A stretch of 64,000 nucleotides of DNA from an uncultured Candidatus Poseidoniales archaeon (GCA_964013535.1 CAXGWS010000003.1:36719-100718), one strand, 5' to 3'. Counted from the stretch's first letter, positions 20,974 through 31,720 are shown. Numbers and translations are program-made. Notes: a model not told the origin generated them from the sequence alone.

Positions 20974-23052
20974 ATGCAGGGTGTATATCTTAGCTGGATG
21001 ATAAGCGCACTTGCGCTTGGTGTCATTCTGTTGCCTGTTTTCAAACCGAAGTGGATGGAATTAAGGCTCAGTACTTTCGTTGATTTTTTCCGCAGGTACT
21101 GGATTCACGTTCTAATCTTGTTTTTGATCTACAATGCCAAAGATGGTTTGGATGAAGTCGATAGGATACTTATGGCCAGTACTGGCCTTGATATGACGCC
21201 GTGGATATATGCAATCGAAGGCAATCTTGTGCTCCATGTGCAACAATTCTTCGAGGCTGAATGGTTAACAGTAATGCTAACACATTTTTATGTCGCTGGA
21301 TTTATGTTTATTTGCTATGTGTCAGTATTCTACTTTGCATATTTCGATGACCGTTGGATGGCGGATAGAGTTACCCTCACCATCGCATGGGTCTATATCA
21401 TCGCAGTACCGTTTTACTTGTTCTTCAATGTCAGAGTCACTGGAGCGTATATACCCGAAATGGAAACATTGGCTTATTCACTCAATCCAGAAATTTCTGA
21501 TTGGTTCCGGCGCATTGATCCTTTTACCAATTGTATGCCTTCTCTTCACATTGGAATACCATATGCTGTATGGCTGTGTATTAAGCGGTTTGATCATGAT
21601 GAACGATGGGCATTATATCGTAAGATTGTCTTTGCCTATGTACTGCTTACTGCGTTTACGATAATATATCTTGGAATTCATTGGATACTTGATATCGCAG
21701 GCGGCATGATTGTTGCCTCAATTGCGGTTAATCTCGCAGATAAGACCGCAAAACCAGTTTGGAGTATATTGGATGAAAGAACAATCAATGCGCGATTGGT
21801 TACCGTACTAACCAACCCCAAAAAAGCGTACAATATTACCGCTGGAAAAATCAGTACAGCAGCAAGGAAATTCGCAAAACCAACCTCGAGAGAAACCGGA
21901 ATATTATCAGTTGTTGTGATGATTATCGTCGCTTCAGTAATCACTTGGGATTTGACACACCAGTCACTGCCAGCAGAGGGTGTAGAGGCACCAGAAGGGG
22001 CGGCAGGCGCCGATGGCTGGTTGGCAACCATAGACAATACCACTGATGATGGGCGACTCCTCAAATTGTATGATTTGTCTGATTTATCCAATGATGGAAT
22101 AGAAGTTATTCAACCTAACCTTTCCGCAGACTCTCAATATGAATTAACTGATAATAAATTGATGATGGCCAATGGTACCACTCTCTTCGTAATCGATGTT
22201 GAAAATCCACAGGAGATTTATTTCGAGCAGTCGATACAGAACCCCAAGCAGGTGGAATTATGCAAATCAGGCCAAGATCATGTTATTTTGATGCTACAAG
22301 ACGGCAAATTGACTGCTCAGGCCCTAGATGGTAGAATGATTGATTTAGGTATCTCAAACGATAATATTTCTTTTGTGAAATGCCAAGGTAATGATTTCAC
22401 CTTCCTTGTTGAAGGTCAATCAGATAAGGTCTACATGAGTAATTTGGAGTTGAGTGGGTCTTTGACTTACACAGTTAATGCATCAGCTAGTGAAGAAGAT
22501 GAAGAAGTACTGGAAGATTGGGACACTCCAGCAGACTTAGAAAACGCCACAATCATTGATGTAGTGTTTGACCGCGATTATCTACTGGTCAATGTTAACG
22601 TTTCATCAGTAGATAGAATTGTCCTGATTGACCGAATTTCTGGTGAACAGAGGCTCATTGGCGACGGAAAATATTCTGCTTATGATCCATCGATTAAGGA
22701 TGGCGTAATCGCTTGGGTAATGAAGGATCACTTGAATCCAACAAGCCCAATAGAAGAATACTATGATGGTGAAATCTATTACATGTACCTGTCTGACAAC
22801 TTTACCCACGTTCTTACTGCCGATGAGATTGACCAATGGGGGCCAATTGTTCTCGAAGACCATCTTATTTATCTCGAAGAATCTACGGATGGAGTGGTGA
22901 TTAAGGTACACTCATGGACTCCGGAATTGAAGCTTTACTCGAATATAGTTTTGCAGGTGGCTTCAGTTGTTGGCATTGTTTTGGTCTTTATTTACATCAA
23001 TCAGAAGCAAACCGAGGCAAAACGAGCAGTGCAAGGTAGTGAAGAAGAATAA
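20974..23052 (+). CDS. Membrane protein with an N-terminal PAP2-like domain fused to a large extracellular domain and a C-terminal TM anchor
   Basis: 692 aa. The N-terminal 250 aa are polytopic with PSLHIG and IHWILDIAGG (PSGH / HxxxD-like PAP2 motifs). This is followed by a roughly 400-aa acidic domain and a terminal hydrophobic helix. Confidence 0.45.
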   Translation: MQGVYLSWMISALALGVILLPVFKPKWMELRLSTFVDFFRRYWIHVLILFLIYNAKDGLDEVDRILMASTGLDMTPWIYAIEGNLVLHVQQFFEAEWLTVMLTHFYVAGFMFICYVSVFYFAYFDDRWMADRVTLTIAWVYIIAVPFYLFFNVRVTGAYIPEMETLAYSLNPEISDWFRRIDPFTNCMPSLHIGIPYAVWLCIKRFDHDERWALYRKIVFAYVLLTAFTIIYLGIHWILDIAGGMIVASIAVNLADKTAKPVWSILDERTINARLVTVLTNPKKAYNITAGKISTAARKFAKPTSRETGILSVVVMIIVASVITWDLTHQSLPAEGVEAPEGAAGADGWLATIDNTTDDGRLLKLYDLSDLSNDGIEVIQPNLSADSQYELTDNKLMMANGTTLFVIDVENPQEIYFEQSIQNPKQVELCKSGQDHVILMLQDGKLTAQALDGRMIDLGISNDNISFVKCQGNDFTFLVEGQSDKVYMSNLELSGSLTYTVNASASEEDEEVLEDWDTPADLENATIIDVVFDRDYLLVNVNVSSVDRIVLIDRISGEQRLIGDGKYSAYDPSIKDGVIAWVMKDHLNPTSPIEEYYDGEIYYMYLSDNFTHVLTADEIDQWGPIVLEDHLIYLEESTDGVVIKVHSWTPELKLYSNIVLQVASVVGIVLVFIYINQKQTEAKRAVQGSEEE

Positions 23053-23053
23053 T

Positions 23054-24217
23054 TCACTTTTTGATGCTGAGCATTCTTTCCAAAGCAAGTAGAGAACCCT
23101 CTTGAACTTCTTTTGATACTACTATTTGGTTGGGGATTTCGCCTTCAACCAGTTTCTCCAATACATCCATTAGGTAAGCAGGGTGAATCATGTACATAGT
23201 AGAGCAGGGACATATTTTATCGTCGAGACATTCTATGTGTTTGTCCGGATGTGATTCAGCTAAACGGGCAACCATGTTGATCTCAGTACCGATTGCAATT
23301 TGGCTACCACTCGGCAATTTTTCTACATAATTTTTGATGAATTGAGTTGAGCCATTAGCATCACTTACCTCGACAGTTTCTTTAGGACATTCAGGATGGA
23401 CAACTACCAGTCCTTCAGGAAATCTTTCTCTAAATTCACTTACTTGTTCAACGGTAAAGCGTTTATGAACAGAACAAAAACCATGCCACAAAATAATCTT
23501 GGCATCATTCAAGTCTTTGTCCGAACCTATCTTCGGAATCCAAGTTGGCATTTTTTCTTCATCAATCCCCATCGAAAGCCCGGTATTACGTCCTAAGTGT
23601 TGGTCGGGGAAAAATAGCACAGCGCCATCTGGGCCGGCTCTGTCAAAGGCCCAGTTGAGGATGCCAGTTGCATTGGAGGATGTACAAACAATGCCTCCAT
23701 GTCTGCCCACGAAATCCTTCAAATCAGCACTACTATTCATGTAGGTTACGGGGATGAGGTAAGACTTTCCATCCGTAGGCACATCACCGGGGGATTTTCT
23801 GTCAATCGGGTCATTTAGACCAGTCTCAGCAAGAATCTCTGCCCACGCACTTTCGACATCGGGTAATGTGGCCATGTCGGCCATTGAACATCCCGCTCTT
23901 AGGTTCGGCAGAATTACATGTTGATTGTTATCGGTCAATATGTCAGCCGATTCAGCCATGAAATGGACGCCGCAGAAGACAATAAACTCAGCATCTGAAT
24001 CTGCTGCTTTTTGACTTAACATAAATGAATCACCAATGAAATCAGCGTGCATAACAATGCTGTCACGCTGATAATGGTGTCCAAGAACCATCAATCTGCT
24101 ACCTAGCTGTTGCTTGAGTTCGGTAATACGCTCAGCAATCGCTTGCTCCTCAGGGGACATCGAGGTGTCCATGAAATCAATGGAACACATTGGCAAGGTA
24201 ATCGTCATATGCTTCAA
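23054..24217 (-). CDS. nadA: Quinolinate synthase A
   Basis: Conserved NadA segments (HYQ..., FCGVHFMAE, Cys ligands); 387 aa. Confidence 0.8.
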   Translation of the reverse strand: MKHMTITLPMCSIDFMDTSMSPEEQAIAERITELKQQLGSRLMVLGHHYQRDSIVMHADFIGDSFMLSQKAADSDAEFIVFCGVHFMAESADILTDNNQHVILPNLRAGCSMADMATLPDVESAWAEILAETGLNDPIDRKSPGDVPTDGKSYLIPVTYMNSSADLKDFVGRHGGIVCTSSNATGILNWAFDRAGPDGAVLFFPDQHLGRNTGLSMGIDEEKMPTWIPKIGSDKDLNDAKIILWHGFCSVHKRFTVEQVSEFRERFPEGLVVVHPECPKETVEVSDANGSTQFIKNYVEKLPSGSQIAIGTEINMVARLAESHPDKHIECLDDKICPCSTMYMIHPAYLMDVLEKLVEGEIPNQIVVSKEVQEGSLLALERMLSIKK

Positions 24218-24273
24218 TCCCGCGAGGGGATACTCCTTTTCAATAATTGTTATTCCGTGATGTAAATAAATGA

Positions 24274-24975
24274 GTGCATCAAGCCAGTAACATGGTCTTC
24301 CAACCGGAAACGAGACTCCACCTTGGTGCCGAGGCAGAGGTGTGGTCAGGTTTGTGGATGAATCGGCCAGCGGTGAGGAAACTCAGGCGTAGTCGTGCAT
24401 GGCGCCACCCCGACTTAGAGAAACGCTTAGGATACCGTAGAATGCTCAGTGAGGCTCGGATTCTAATTCGCATTAAAGGTGCAGGATTACCCGTTCCTGC
24501 AATATGGGATGTTGATTTAGAACAGGGTAGAATAGTCATGGAACGAATGAATGGTAGGCCTTTAATCGAAGTTTTACGCGACCCATCCATCAACACAGAT
24601 CAAATTGCAGAAGCATTACACAATTCCGGTGCAGCTGTTAGGATGCTCCACAGAATGGCGGTTACTCATGGTGATTTATCAACCAACAACATTCTAATCG
24701 ATGAAAATTACAAGGCATTTTTAATTGATTTTGGCCTTTCAGCAGTTGAATACGAAGTTGAAAGATTCGGTATCGATTTGCATGTGATGGATGAAATCTT
24801 AGGTGCGTCACATCCTAATGTGTCTAACGGTATGGACTTATTCTTAAACGGATATCGAGATTGCGACGAGGCACAAGGTCCGCTGCAAGAATTGTCAGGC
24901 GGCAAACCACCAGCGGCTGATGAAGTACTCAAACGCCTTGAGGATGTTAGATCTAGAGTAAGGTATCACGGTTAA
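24274..24975 (+). CDS. Bud32/PRPK-type Kae1-associated serine/threonine kinase (KEOPS subunit)
   Basis: GAEAEVW glycine-loop equivalent and catalytic HGDLSTNNILID; about 230 aa, typical Bud32 size. Confidence 0.7.
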   Translation: MHQASNMVFQPETRLHLGAEAEVWSGLWMNRPAVRKLRRSRAWRHPDLEKRLGYRRMLSEARILIRIKGAGLPVPAIWDVDLEQGRIVMERMNGRPLIEVLRDPSINTDQIAEALHNSGAAVRMLHRMAVTHGDLSTNNILIDENYKAFLIDFGLSAVEYEVERFGIDLHVMDEILGASHPNVSNGMDLFLNGYRDCDEAQGPLQELSGGKPPAADEVLKRLEDVRSRVRYHG

Positions 24976-24976
24976 T

Positions 24977-25384
24977 TCAGCCGACTAACAGACGCATCTC
25001 TTCTACACTTTTTAATTCGGAGAGGTATATTTGCTCAATTGAATCATACAAATCGTCTGTTTGTTCGATGAGTGGTAGAAGTTCAGCATAAACTTCTGAT
25101 GCCTTGATTTCAGTTTCCAGTGCATAATTAAGCATCTCCATATAATCCGTAGTGTGAGTTATTGGGTGAGTACTTCTTTCGGTGACTGGTATACCACCAA
25201 GTTGTACAATTCCTTTGCGAACAATATCGGCATGTTCTATTGATTCAGTCATTTCTGTGGTAAACATAGGTGATAATTGTAATCGGTGAATTCCAGTAAC
25301 ATTGGCTGCATAATGTGCGTACATGTTGATTGCTCTTAGTTCCCATCCAAGGGCCGCGTTCATTTTTTCAATCAGTTTTGTCAT
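24977..25384 (-). CDS. Dps / ferritin-like four-helix-bundle protein
   Basis: LRAINMYAHYAANVTG...H...FTTEMTESIEHADIVRKGIVQLGG resembles the Dps ferroxidase helices. Confidence 0.45.
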   Translation of the reverse strand: MTKLIEKMNAALGWELRAINMYAHYAANVTGIHRLQLSPMFTTEMTESIEHADIVRKGIVQLGGIPVTERSTHPITHTTDYMEMLNYALETEIKASEVYAELLPLIEQTDDLYDSIEQIYLSELKSVEEMRLLVG

Positions 25385-25475
25385 ATCATCAACTCTTAGG
25401 GCATACTAAATCTTATTCCAGTTCATCCCTATTGGTGAGGACTTACATCTAGGTGTTAATAAACTAATGCAATAA

Positions 25476-25862
25476 TTAGCTGCCACTTATTCTTTCACCA
25501 GCTTCCCAACCGACAAATGAAAAGATGATGCACATCAAAAAAGACAAACCTGCATACGTTAAAGCCATAGAAAAATTATCATTTTTCATTAGAGTTATGG
25601 TTTCTAAAGAGAATGTTGACATTGTAGTAAATGCTCCAAGTAGACCTGTGGCGAAAAATAGCATTACTTCCTCAGAGTACCCGTAATTAATCGATAACAC
25701 TGCCAACATTCCCAACAAAAACGAACCAACGATGTTTACAATGAATGTCGAGAGCGGGAACTCACTGGTTTCGATAAAATTCCCGACAGTGAACCGCAAG
25801 ATTGCGCCAATTGCCCCACCAAAACCAACGAGAATTAACTGCTGAATCATACTTGCTCCCAT
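25476..25862 (-). CDS. crcB: Fluoride ion channel CrcB/Fluc
   Basis: Four-TM protein of about 125 aa with GFGGAIGAILRF and GAFTTMSTFS signature segments. Confidence 0.75.
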   Translation of the reverse strand: MGASMIQQLILVGFGGAIGAILRFTVGNFIETSEFPLSTFIVNIVGSFLLGMLAVLSINYGYSEEVMLFFATGLLGAFTTMSTFSLETITLMKNDNFSMALTYAGLSFLMCIIFSFVGWEAGERISGS

Positions 25863-25952
25863 TGTCTCCTGCGTGTTAAATTATGTCATACATTCTAATT
25901 TTATTTGTTAATTTATCAATAGACATGATAACATCAACCCGTTAGGACTAAC

Positions 25953-26618
25953 ATGAGTCCGACAGTATGGTTTCTTACTGGCAATGAAGGAAAACTTGCC
26001 GAAGCATCAATTCATTTGTCCAATCTTGGCTACAGTGTTAAACAATTAGTAGTTGATGAAGCAGAATTATATGAGCCTCAAGCGGATAGTCTAGAAGTCG
26101 TTGCGAGGTCAAAAATTAATCAGGCGCTAAATCATCTACCAGAGCAGTTTGGGAATAATGATATGATTTTAGTTGAAGATGCTGGTCTATTTATCAAAGC
26201 GCTAGACGGCTTTCCAGGCGTCTATTCCTCTTTCGTTCATTCAACGATTGGCAACTTGGGAGTGATTAGACTTCTCAATCATCTTTCAACAGAAGATCCA
26301 GTTTCGAGCGCAAATTTGCGGGCTGCTGAATTTAGAGCAGTTGCTGCGTTATGGTGCAACGGTGAAATAACCATTGGGGAAGGAATTTGTCCTGGACACA
26401 TTGGAGACGAATTGATGGAAGGTAACGGTTTTGGATTTGACCCAATCTTCATCCCGTACGACCTTGACGAACATAAAAATCCGTTGCCGGCAGGGAATTA
26501 TGGGGCTTACAGTACACACGGCAAGACCTTTGGAGCCATTGATTCAGTAGCCAAAAACAAATTCAGTCATCGGGTGAGGGCTTTGGAAAACTTGTTCAGC
26601 CAATTGCCATCAGCATGA
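25953..26618 (+). CDS. Non-canonical purine NTP pyrophosphatase (Ham1/RdgB ITPase family)
   Basis: N-terminal FLTGNEGK, central D/E cluster and C-terminal FSHR motif. Confidence 0.75.
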   Translation: MSPTVWFLTGNEGKLAEASIHLSNLGYSVKQLVVDEAELYEPQADSLEVVARSKINQALNHLPEQFGNNDMILVEDAGLFIKALDGFPGVYSSFVHSTIGNLGVIRLLNHLSTEDPVSSANLRAAEFRAVAALWCNGEITIGEGICPGHIGDELMEGNGFGFDPIFIPYDLDEHKNPLPAGNYGAYSTHGKTFGAIDSVAKNKFSHRVRALENLFSQLPSA

Positions 26619-26642
26619 TAAATTAGAAGTCACTGGGGGTTA

Positions 26643-27554
26643 TTGAGGGACATGGGATTCTTCCGAACAACTTGTGCATTGGTTGCTGCCAGTGCGGGAA
26701 TATTCTACTTGACCTCAGCTTCGAGCCTATCTGATAACGGCAAATGGTCGCTTATTGGGGTCACGTTTCTTGCATCACTTGGATGGGTGATGCTCGGGGG
26801 CAGAGGAGTGAAATCACGTCCCCAAGATGCCGTTACAGTCGCAGCAGTCTCGAGTGAGATTGAGGATTCTGAAACCGTAGTTGAATCCTCGATCGCTTCA
26901 GATATACCCGATCCGGTTGTTGCTGATGAAAACATGGATGGAGTTTCGCTTAGGGAAAGGAAGTTGGCTAAAATACAAGCAGCTAACCAACAAGACAGCG
27001 AATCTGAAGAAACCGCTGAAGAACTGGTTGAAATTGAAGTTACAGTTGAGAATGTTCATACTGCGGATGAGTATGTTGTTGAGGTCAGCCCTGAATCGGT
27101 TGAAGACGCTGACATTGAAATGACTGTGTCAAACCGGAGAGTGAAGCACCAAGAAATTAGACAGCGAATAGAGAAGCGCAGACGCAATCAACTCGCTGAA
27201 ATAAGGGCTTCAACCGTTAGAATGTGGGAACAACACAATGAAGGAGAGGACATTGTTGGCTTGTTGCAAAACCCTCAACACGGATTAAACGTCATAGATG
27301 AACCGCAAAAGCCAGAGGCTGGGCATGTTTATGGTGCAACGTTCATTCGATTGGATGAGAGTACGATTTTAAAATTGAGAACTCCACTTGACTCAGGATT
27401 CGAAGTGGTTGAAAAGAAGCAAAAGTTGCCTGAACTACCAGGGCTAGATGGCATGCCTTTACCTCCGCTACCAGGAATGGAACTGCCTCCTCCTGCAATG
27501 CCCAATGCAAGCGACGCATTGGCGGAATTGAAGTTACAAATGGATGAGGACTGA
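26643..27554 (+). CDS. Hypothetical acidic membrane-anchored protein with a proline-rich C-terminus
   Basis: Two N-terminal hydrophobic helices, a long acidic low-complexity middle and PLPPLPGMELPPP near the C-terminus. Confidence 0.4.
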   Translation: MRDMGFFRTTCALVAASAGIFYLTSASSLSDNGKWSLIGVTFLASLGWVMLGGRGVKSRPQDAVTVAAVSSEIEDSETVVESSIASDIPDPVVADENMDGVSLRERKLAKIQAANQQDSESEETAEELVEIEVTVENVHTADEYVVEVSPESVEDADIEMTVSNRRVKHQEIRQRIEKRRRNQLAEIRASTVRMWEQHNEGEDIVGLLQNPQHGLNVIDEPQKPEAGHVYGATFIRLDESTILKLRTPLDSGFEVVEKKQKLPELPGLDGMPLPPLPGMELPPPAMPNASDALAELKLQMDED

Positions 27555-27559
27555 GTTGG

Positions 27560-28270
27560 ATGGGTGAAAACCATCAACATACTTCTAAATCTAACAATTT
27601 GGCACTGACCGGGCTTATTCTTGCCGCTATTGCACCAACCATCTCAGTAGTTACCGGTTTTGTTTTGCAGGCGGGAATTATTGCTATCATCGTGTTTGTG
27701 TTGACGAAGTTGTGGATGTTTGGCCTTCCAGCATACTGGCATCTAAAGGTAGATGGTGAACAAGTATCAATGTCAACACCAAAACAAGGTGGATGGGGTT
27801 TATCTTTTGGTCTTGGAATTGCAATGAGTTTGGTAATTTTCGTTGCTTACTTTTTCCTTGGAGATTTGATGATCTCTTCCGATGATTTAACCGCGATACT
27901 TGAGCCGGTTGGATTGACCAATCCAGTAGTCTTTTTCTGGGCAGTTATGTTTTGGATTTTTGTTAATTCTGTTTTGGAGGAATATTTGTTTAGATGGTTC
28001 ATACTAACAAAGTTAGAGCAAGTAATCGGAGGATTTTGGTTGCCGATAATAGCTTCGGCACTGATTTTCACTCTACACCACACTATTGCACTGTCACTGT
28101 TTATTTCGCCGTTAGGGAACTTCTTGTGCTCTTTGGGGCTGTTTATCGGAGGAATCGTATTTTCATGGTTATATCTTAAATCAAGAAGTGTATGGATACC
28201 TTGGCTTGCCCATGCACTGTGTGATGTTGCCGTATTTACGATTGCTTGGCAATTAGTGATTGGTTTCTAG
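27560..28270 (+). CDS. CPBP-family (CAAX protease / Abi) intramembrane metalloprotease
   Basis: Motif 1 LEEYLFRWF (EExxxR), motif 2 FTLHH and motif 3 HALCD, within a polytopic membrane protein. Confidence 0.65.
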   Translation: MGENHQHTSKSNNLALTGLILAAIAPTISVVTGFVLQAGIIAIIVFVLTKLWMFGLPAYWHLKVDGEQVSMSTPKQGGWGLSFGLGIAMSLVIFVAYFFLGDLMISSDDLTAILEPVGLTNPVVFFWAVMFWIFVNSVLEEYLFRWFILTKLEQVIGGFWLPIIASALIFTLHHTIALSLFISPLGNFLCSLGLFIGGIVFSWLYLKSRSVWIPWLAHALCDVAVFTIAWQLVIGF

Positions 28271-28271
28271 A

Positions 28272-29114
28272 TCACTTGTCTTGCCAAGTTGGTTTACTTC
28301 TGTCCATAAATGCCTTAACGCCTTCTTGTTTGTCAGCGCTATCAAATAAATTGGCAAATTCTTCGGCCTCAATTGCGATACCTTCGTCTAGAGAATTATT
28401 CAATGCGGCCTTTATCGTGCGCTTCGCTACTTTCAGTGTAAAGACGGATTTACTGGCAATTTTATTGGCCATATCCATAGTGAAATCCTCCAAGTCTTCA
28501 ACTTCACATACGTGATTTACTAAGCCGATGTTTGAGGCTTCATCAGCACTAATCATTTCACCGGTCATAATCAATTCGAGCGTTTTCCCGTAACCAATTA
28601 ATTTGGCTAACCGTTGAGTGGCTCCGTATCCCGGTATTAGCCCTAAATTTATTTCCGGAGTTCCAAACTTCGAGCGCTTTGAGGCAATTCGGATGTCACA
28701 TGAGCATGCAACTTCACATCCACCGCCAAGAGCAAACCCATCTACCATGGCAATGGTAGGTTTGGTCAGTTTCCACAGTGCTTCCACTGCATTATCAGTG
28801 AACTTAACCTTTGCAGCCTGCTTATCCATATCGACAAATTCTGCAATATCAGCACCGGCAACGAAAGCATTGGGCTTGGCTCGCCGACCTTCTTCAGCAG
28901 GTAGCGGGCTTGCACCGGTGATGACAACGCATCTAACTCGGTCGTTCGCTTCAACCCATGAACAGAAATTCTTCAATGAGTCCATAACTTCGCTATTAAG
29001 CGCGTTAAGTTTGTTTGGTCGATTGATGGTTGCAAGTGCAATACATCCAGACATCGAGTCGTCAGAAAGCGGCATTTCTTGTACCGTCAAAACAGCACTA
29101 CTTGGGTCGTCCAT
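28272..29114 (-). CDS. Enoyl-CoA hydratase/isomerase (crotonase fold)
   Basis: AGADIAEF and the oxyanion-hole segment ALGGGCEVACSCDIRIAS. Confidence 0.75.
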   Translation of the reverse strand: MDDPSSAVLTVQEMPLSDDSMSGCIALATINRPNKLNALNSEVMDSLKNFCSWVEANDRVRCVVITGASPLPAEEGRRAKPNAFVAGADIAEFVDMDKQAAKVKFTDNAVEALWKLTKPTIAMVDGFALGGGCEVACSCDIRIASKRSKFGTPEINLGLIPGYGATQRLAKLIGYGKTLELIMTGEMISADEASNIGLVNHVCEVEDLEDFTMDMANKIASKSVFTLKVAKRTIKAALNNSLDEGIAIEAEEFANLFDSADKQEGVKAFMDRSKPTWQDK

Positions 29115-29199
29115 GCGATTGCTAAATCAATCAACTTCATGATTTATCCGATTGTGGCTCAATCCAATAATACATAGAATAGAACAGTTACCAAACATC

Positions 29200-29976
29200 A
29201 TGGGTGACGACATACCGTTGGTAAAGGCAATCGATATGGCCAAAAAATATGGCGATTTTATCGCCCTTCACCCACTAAATGTCGAGGTTCATTCAGGTGA
29301 GTTTTTCGGTGTATTCGGGCCTAATGGTGCAGGTAAATCGACGTTCATCAAGTTGTTAACCGGTCAGTTAAAGCCGAGCAAAGGTAAGATTGAGGTCTTG
29401 GGTATCAATGCAACCAAGTCTCCACAAAAGGTCAAGGCCAATATTGGGATAGTTCCTGAATCCGAGTCGCCACCATCTTATTTGACTCCGGTAGAGTTTT
29501 TACAGTTCGTCGCTAAGTTAAGAGACATCGACAATAGTGAGTTCGAAGTAGAGTATTGGATTGAGTGGTTTGGTTTAGAAGAAAAAAGAAATACAATGTG
29601 TAAGGATTTGTCAAAAGGTCAACGACAGAAAGTCATGTTGGCTTCAGCATTTATTCACAAACCAAAGTTGCTATTCCTCGATGAGCCGTTTGCTAATCTT
29701 GATCCAATCTATCAACGGAAGTGTCGTGAATGGTTGCTCGATCACGTCAAGGCTGGTGGCACAATTTTTCTCTGTTCGCACGTTCTTGAGATGGCTGAAA
29801 GGATGTGTAATAGAATGGCGATAATCAATGATGGCAAAGTGCTGGCAGCTGGTACAGTTAGGGGCTTGAAAATGGACTCCTCAGAAACCTTGGAGGATGT
29901 CTTCATTCGTTTGGTTGGCAAATCGATTGAAGATGTGGAAAGGCAATTAGAACAAGAGGCGGCTGAGGAGGAGTAG
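29200..29976 (+). CDS. ABC transporter ATP-binding protein (ABC-2 type)
   Basis: Walker A GPNGAGKST, signature LSKGQRQKV and Walker B LLFLDEP. The ORF opens at 29152; the start at MGDD (29200) is preferred. Confidence 0.8.
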   Translation: MGDDIPLVKAIDMAKKYGDFIALHPLNVEVHSGEFFGVFGPNGAGKSTFIKLLTGQLKPSKGKIEVLGINATKSPQKVKANIGIVPESESPPSYLTPVEFLQFVAKLRDIDNSEFEVEYWIEWFGLEEKRNTMCKDLSKGQRQKVMLASAFIHKPKLLFLDEPFANLDPIYQRKCREWLLDHVKAGGTIFLCSHVLEMAERMCNRMAIINDGKVLAAGTVRGLKMDSSETLEDVFIRLVGKSIEDVERQLEQEAAEEE

Positions 29977-29978
29977 TT

Positions 29979-31673
29979 TTGCCGGGCGCTCACATATCTA
30001 CCAGAGAATGGGATGATAATGACTATTCGATCGCCTCGGCAAATCTTGGGACTCATTCTGGCGGTCAAAAATTATTGACTCCACTAAATGGTATATCTTC
30101 CTTCACAGCAACTTTCCAGGTTATGTTCAAAGAAGAATATCGCAAAAATGTCGAATTTGCTAAGGCCCGACAAATGGTTCTTTTCCCGCTTCTACTCGCT
30201 CTAGTGACCATGGTATCGACAGTTGGTTTACAGTTTTTAGTCGGTGATTCAGCCGCTCAAACTACAGATACAGAAGCCAACAGTTTTACTTGGCAAGAAC
30301 TACGCTTTGCTCTTCACTTGCCGTTATTGATGTTCAGTTTGGGAATGGGTACTTTCGCTTTCATGGGGCGAGACGCGTTGGTGAGACGGACTGCAACCAA
30401 GAATCATCTACTCGCCTCCCCCGCACTTCAACCACTGCCAAATTCAATGGCTCACTTCGCATATTTCATCAAGGATTTGGTATTTTACGTGTTATTGATT
30501 CTCACTCCAATCATTGTTGGTATGGGTATGGGCAAGGCCTTAGATACCTTTTTTGGCATTACTACTCCTTTGGAATATAGCAGTTTACCATGGACTTGGT
30601 TTGCTATGGTGGTGACTCTTGCTCAGGGTCTCGCAATTTCATTTCTTGCCTCAGCGTTGTGGATGAGAGGAAGGCCTTTCACAATCTTCGGACCCATAGC
30701 AGTTGTACTATTGGGCATCATCATCGGTGTCGGTGCTTTTGATGCAGAAATCGCAATAATAGGATTAGAAATTCAAACCGGAAAAAATCTTCTGTTTGGA
30801 TTGTTTGGTTTTGGAATTTGTATCTTACTGGGGTATTTGTCTTCGTTGCTAATAATCGATGACTTCGATGTTAATGTGGTTGAGAAAGGGGACCTCTTCA
30901 AACCAATTTATGCACGACTTTCATTCCTCGGTCGAGGTGAAATCAGACTCATTGTAGCTAAAGAATTCGTTGATTTGTTTAGGTCAGGCTCAATTAAGAA
31001 GATGGTAGTTTCATACTCCATACCGTTGGCCGTGCTGCTTGGCATGGCTTGGCTAATCGATTTTGCTGAGGCTCCAATACCGATTAACTTGCTATCATAT
31101 GCACCTTTCCTTGGATTCTTTGGCTTCAACTTTTATTCATGGTTAACAATACTGGATTCTCCAGAATTCATGAATGGTTTGCCAGTAAGAGTGCCGCAAC
31201 TCATTAGAGCCAAGGTGTTGGTTTATTTCTTAATCACATCTTGGATTTCTTTGATTTTCATAATTTTGATGGCTTGGCGCCTTGATGAGTGGACTTCTTT
31301 GCCGACAAGCATAGTTGTTATGTTCGCTAACTCAATCTATATCGTTGCCTTGACCGCCTTCCTAATGGGATTAAGGCCAAACAAAGCCATATTCGATGCG
31401 TCAATTATGATTTGGTTTTGGGTCGGAACAGTTTTGCCACTGCTCGGGTTGTTTTTGTTATCTTTTACGCAAGGGGATGTCTCTCTGTACGGAAATTGGT
31501 GGGAGCGTGCCTCTGAAGACGGATTGGCAGCCACTGCAGGTATGTACGATGAGACTATGGTTCGACAAGGCTATGTTGGTATGCTAGGAATTTCAGGATT
31601 CTTACTATTTGCCTCAGCAGTGCTTTGGAAGCTGATGGATCGTCGTTGGGGCAGTGCCGAATTCAGCAATTAA
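29979..31673 (+). CDS. Putative ABC-2 type permease (polytopic membrane protein)
   Basis: 564 aa with more than 10 hydrophobic helices, immediately downstream of the ABC ATPase. Confidence 0.45.
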   Translation: MPGAHISTREWDDNDYSIASANLGTHSGGQKLLTPLNGISSFTATFQVMFKEEYRKNVEFAKARQMVLFPLLLALVTMVSTVGLQFLVGDSAAQTTDTEANSFTWQELRFALHLPLLMFSLGMGTFAFMGRDALVRRTATKNHLLASPALQPLPNSMAHFAYFIKDLVFYVLLILTPIIVGMGMGKALDTFFGITTPLEYSSLPWTWFAMVVTLAQGLAISFLASALWMRGRPFTIFGPIAVVLLGIIIGVGAFDAEIAIIGLEIQTGKNLLFGLFGFGICILLGYLSSLLIIDDFDVNVVEKGDLFKPIYARLSFLGRGEIRLIVAKEFVDLFRSGSIKKMVVSYSIPLAVLLGMAWLIDFAEAPIPINLLSYAPFLGFFGFNFYSWLTILDSPEFMNGLPVRVPQLIRAKVLVYFLITSWISLIFIILMAWRLDEWTSLPTSIVVMFANSIYIVALTAFLMGLRPNKAIFDASIMIWFWVGTVLPLLGLFLLSFTQGDVSLYGNWWERASEDGLAATAGMYDETMVRQGYVGMLGISGFLLFASAVLWKLMDRRWGSAEFSN

Positions 31674-31720
31674 TCATTATGAATGATGTTTAATTCATTA
31701 TGCATAACAGGTAGTTTATA

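Noticed and set aside
28618-29142. A 174-aa plus-strand ORF opposite the enoyl-CoA hydratase gene
   Set aside because: It is antisense to a well-supported crotonase CDS and has a Ser/Ala-rich low-complexity translation
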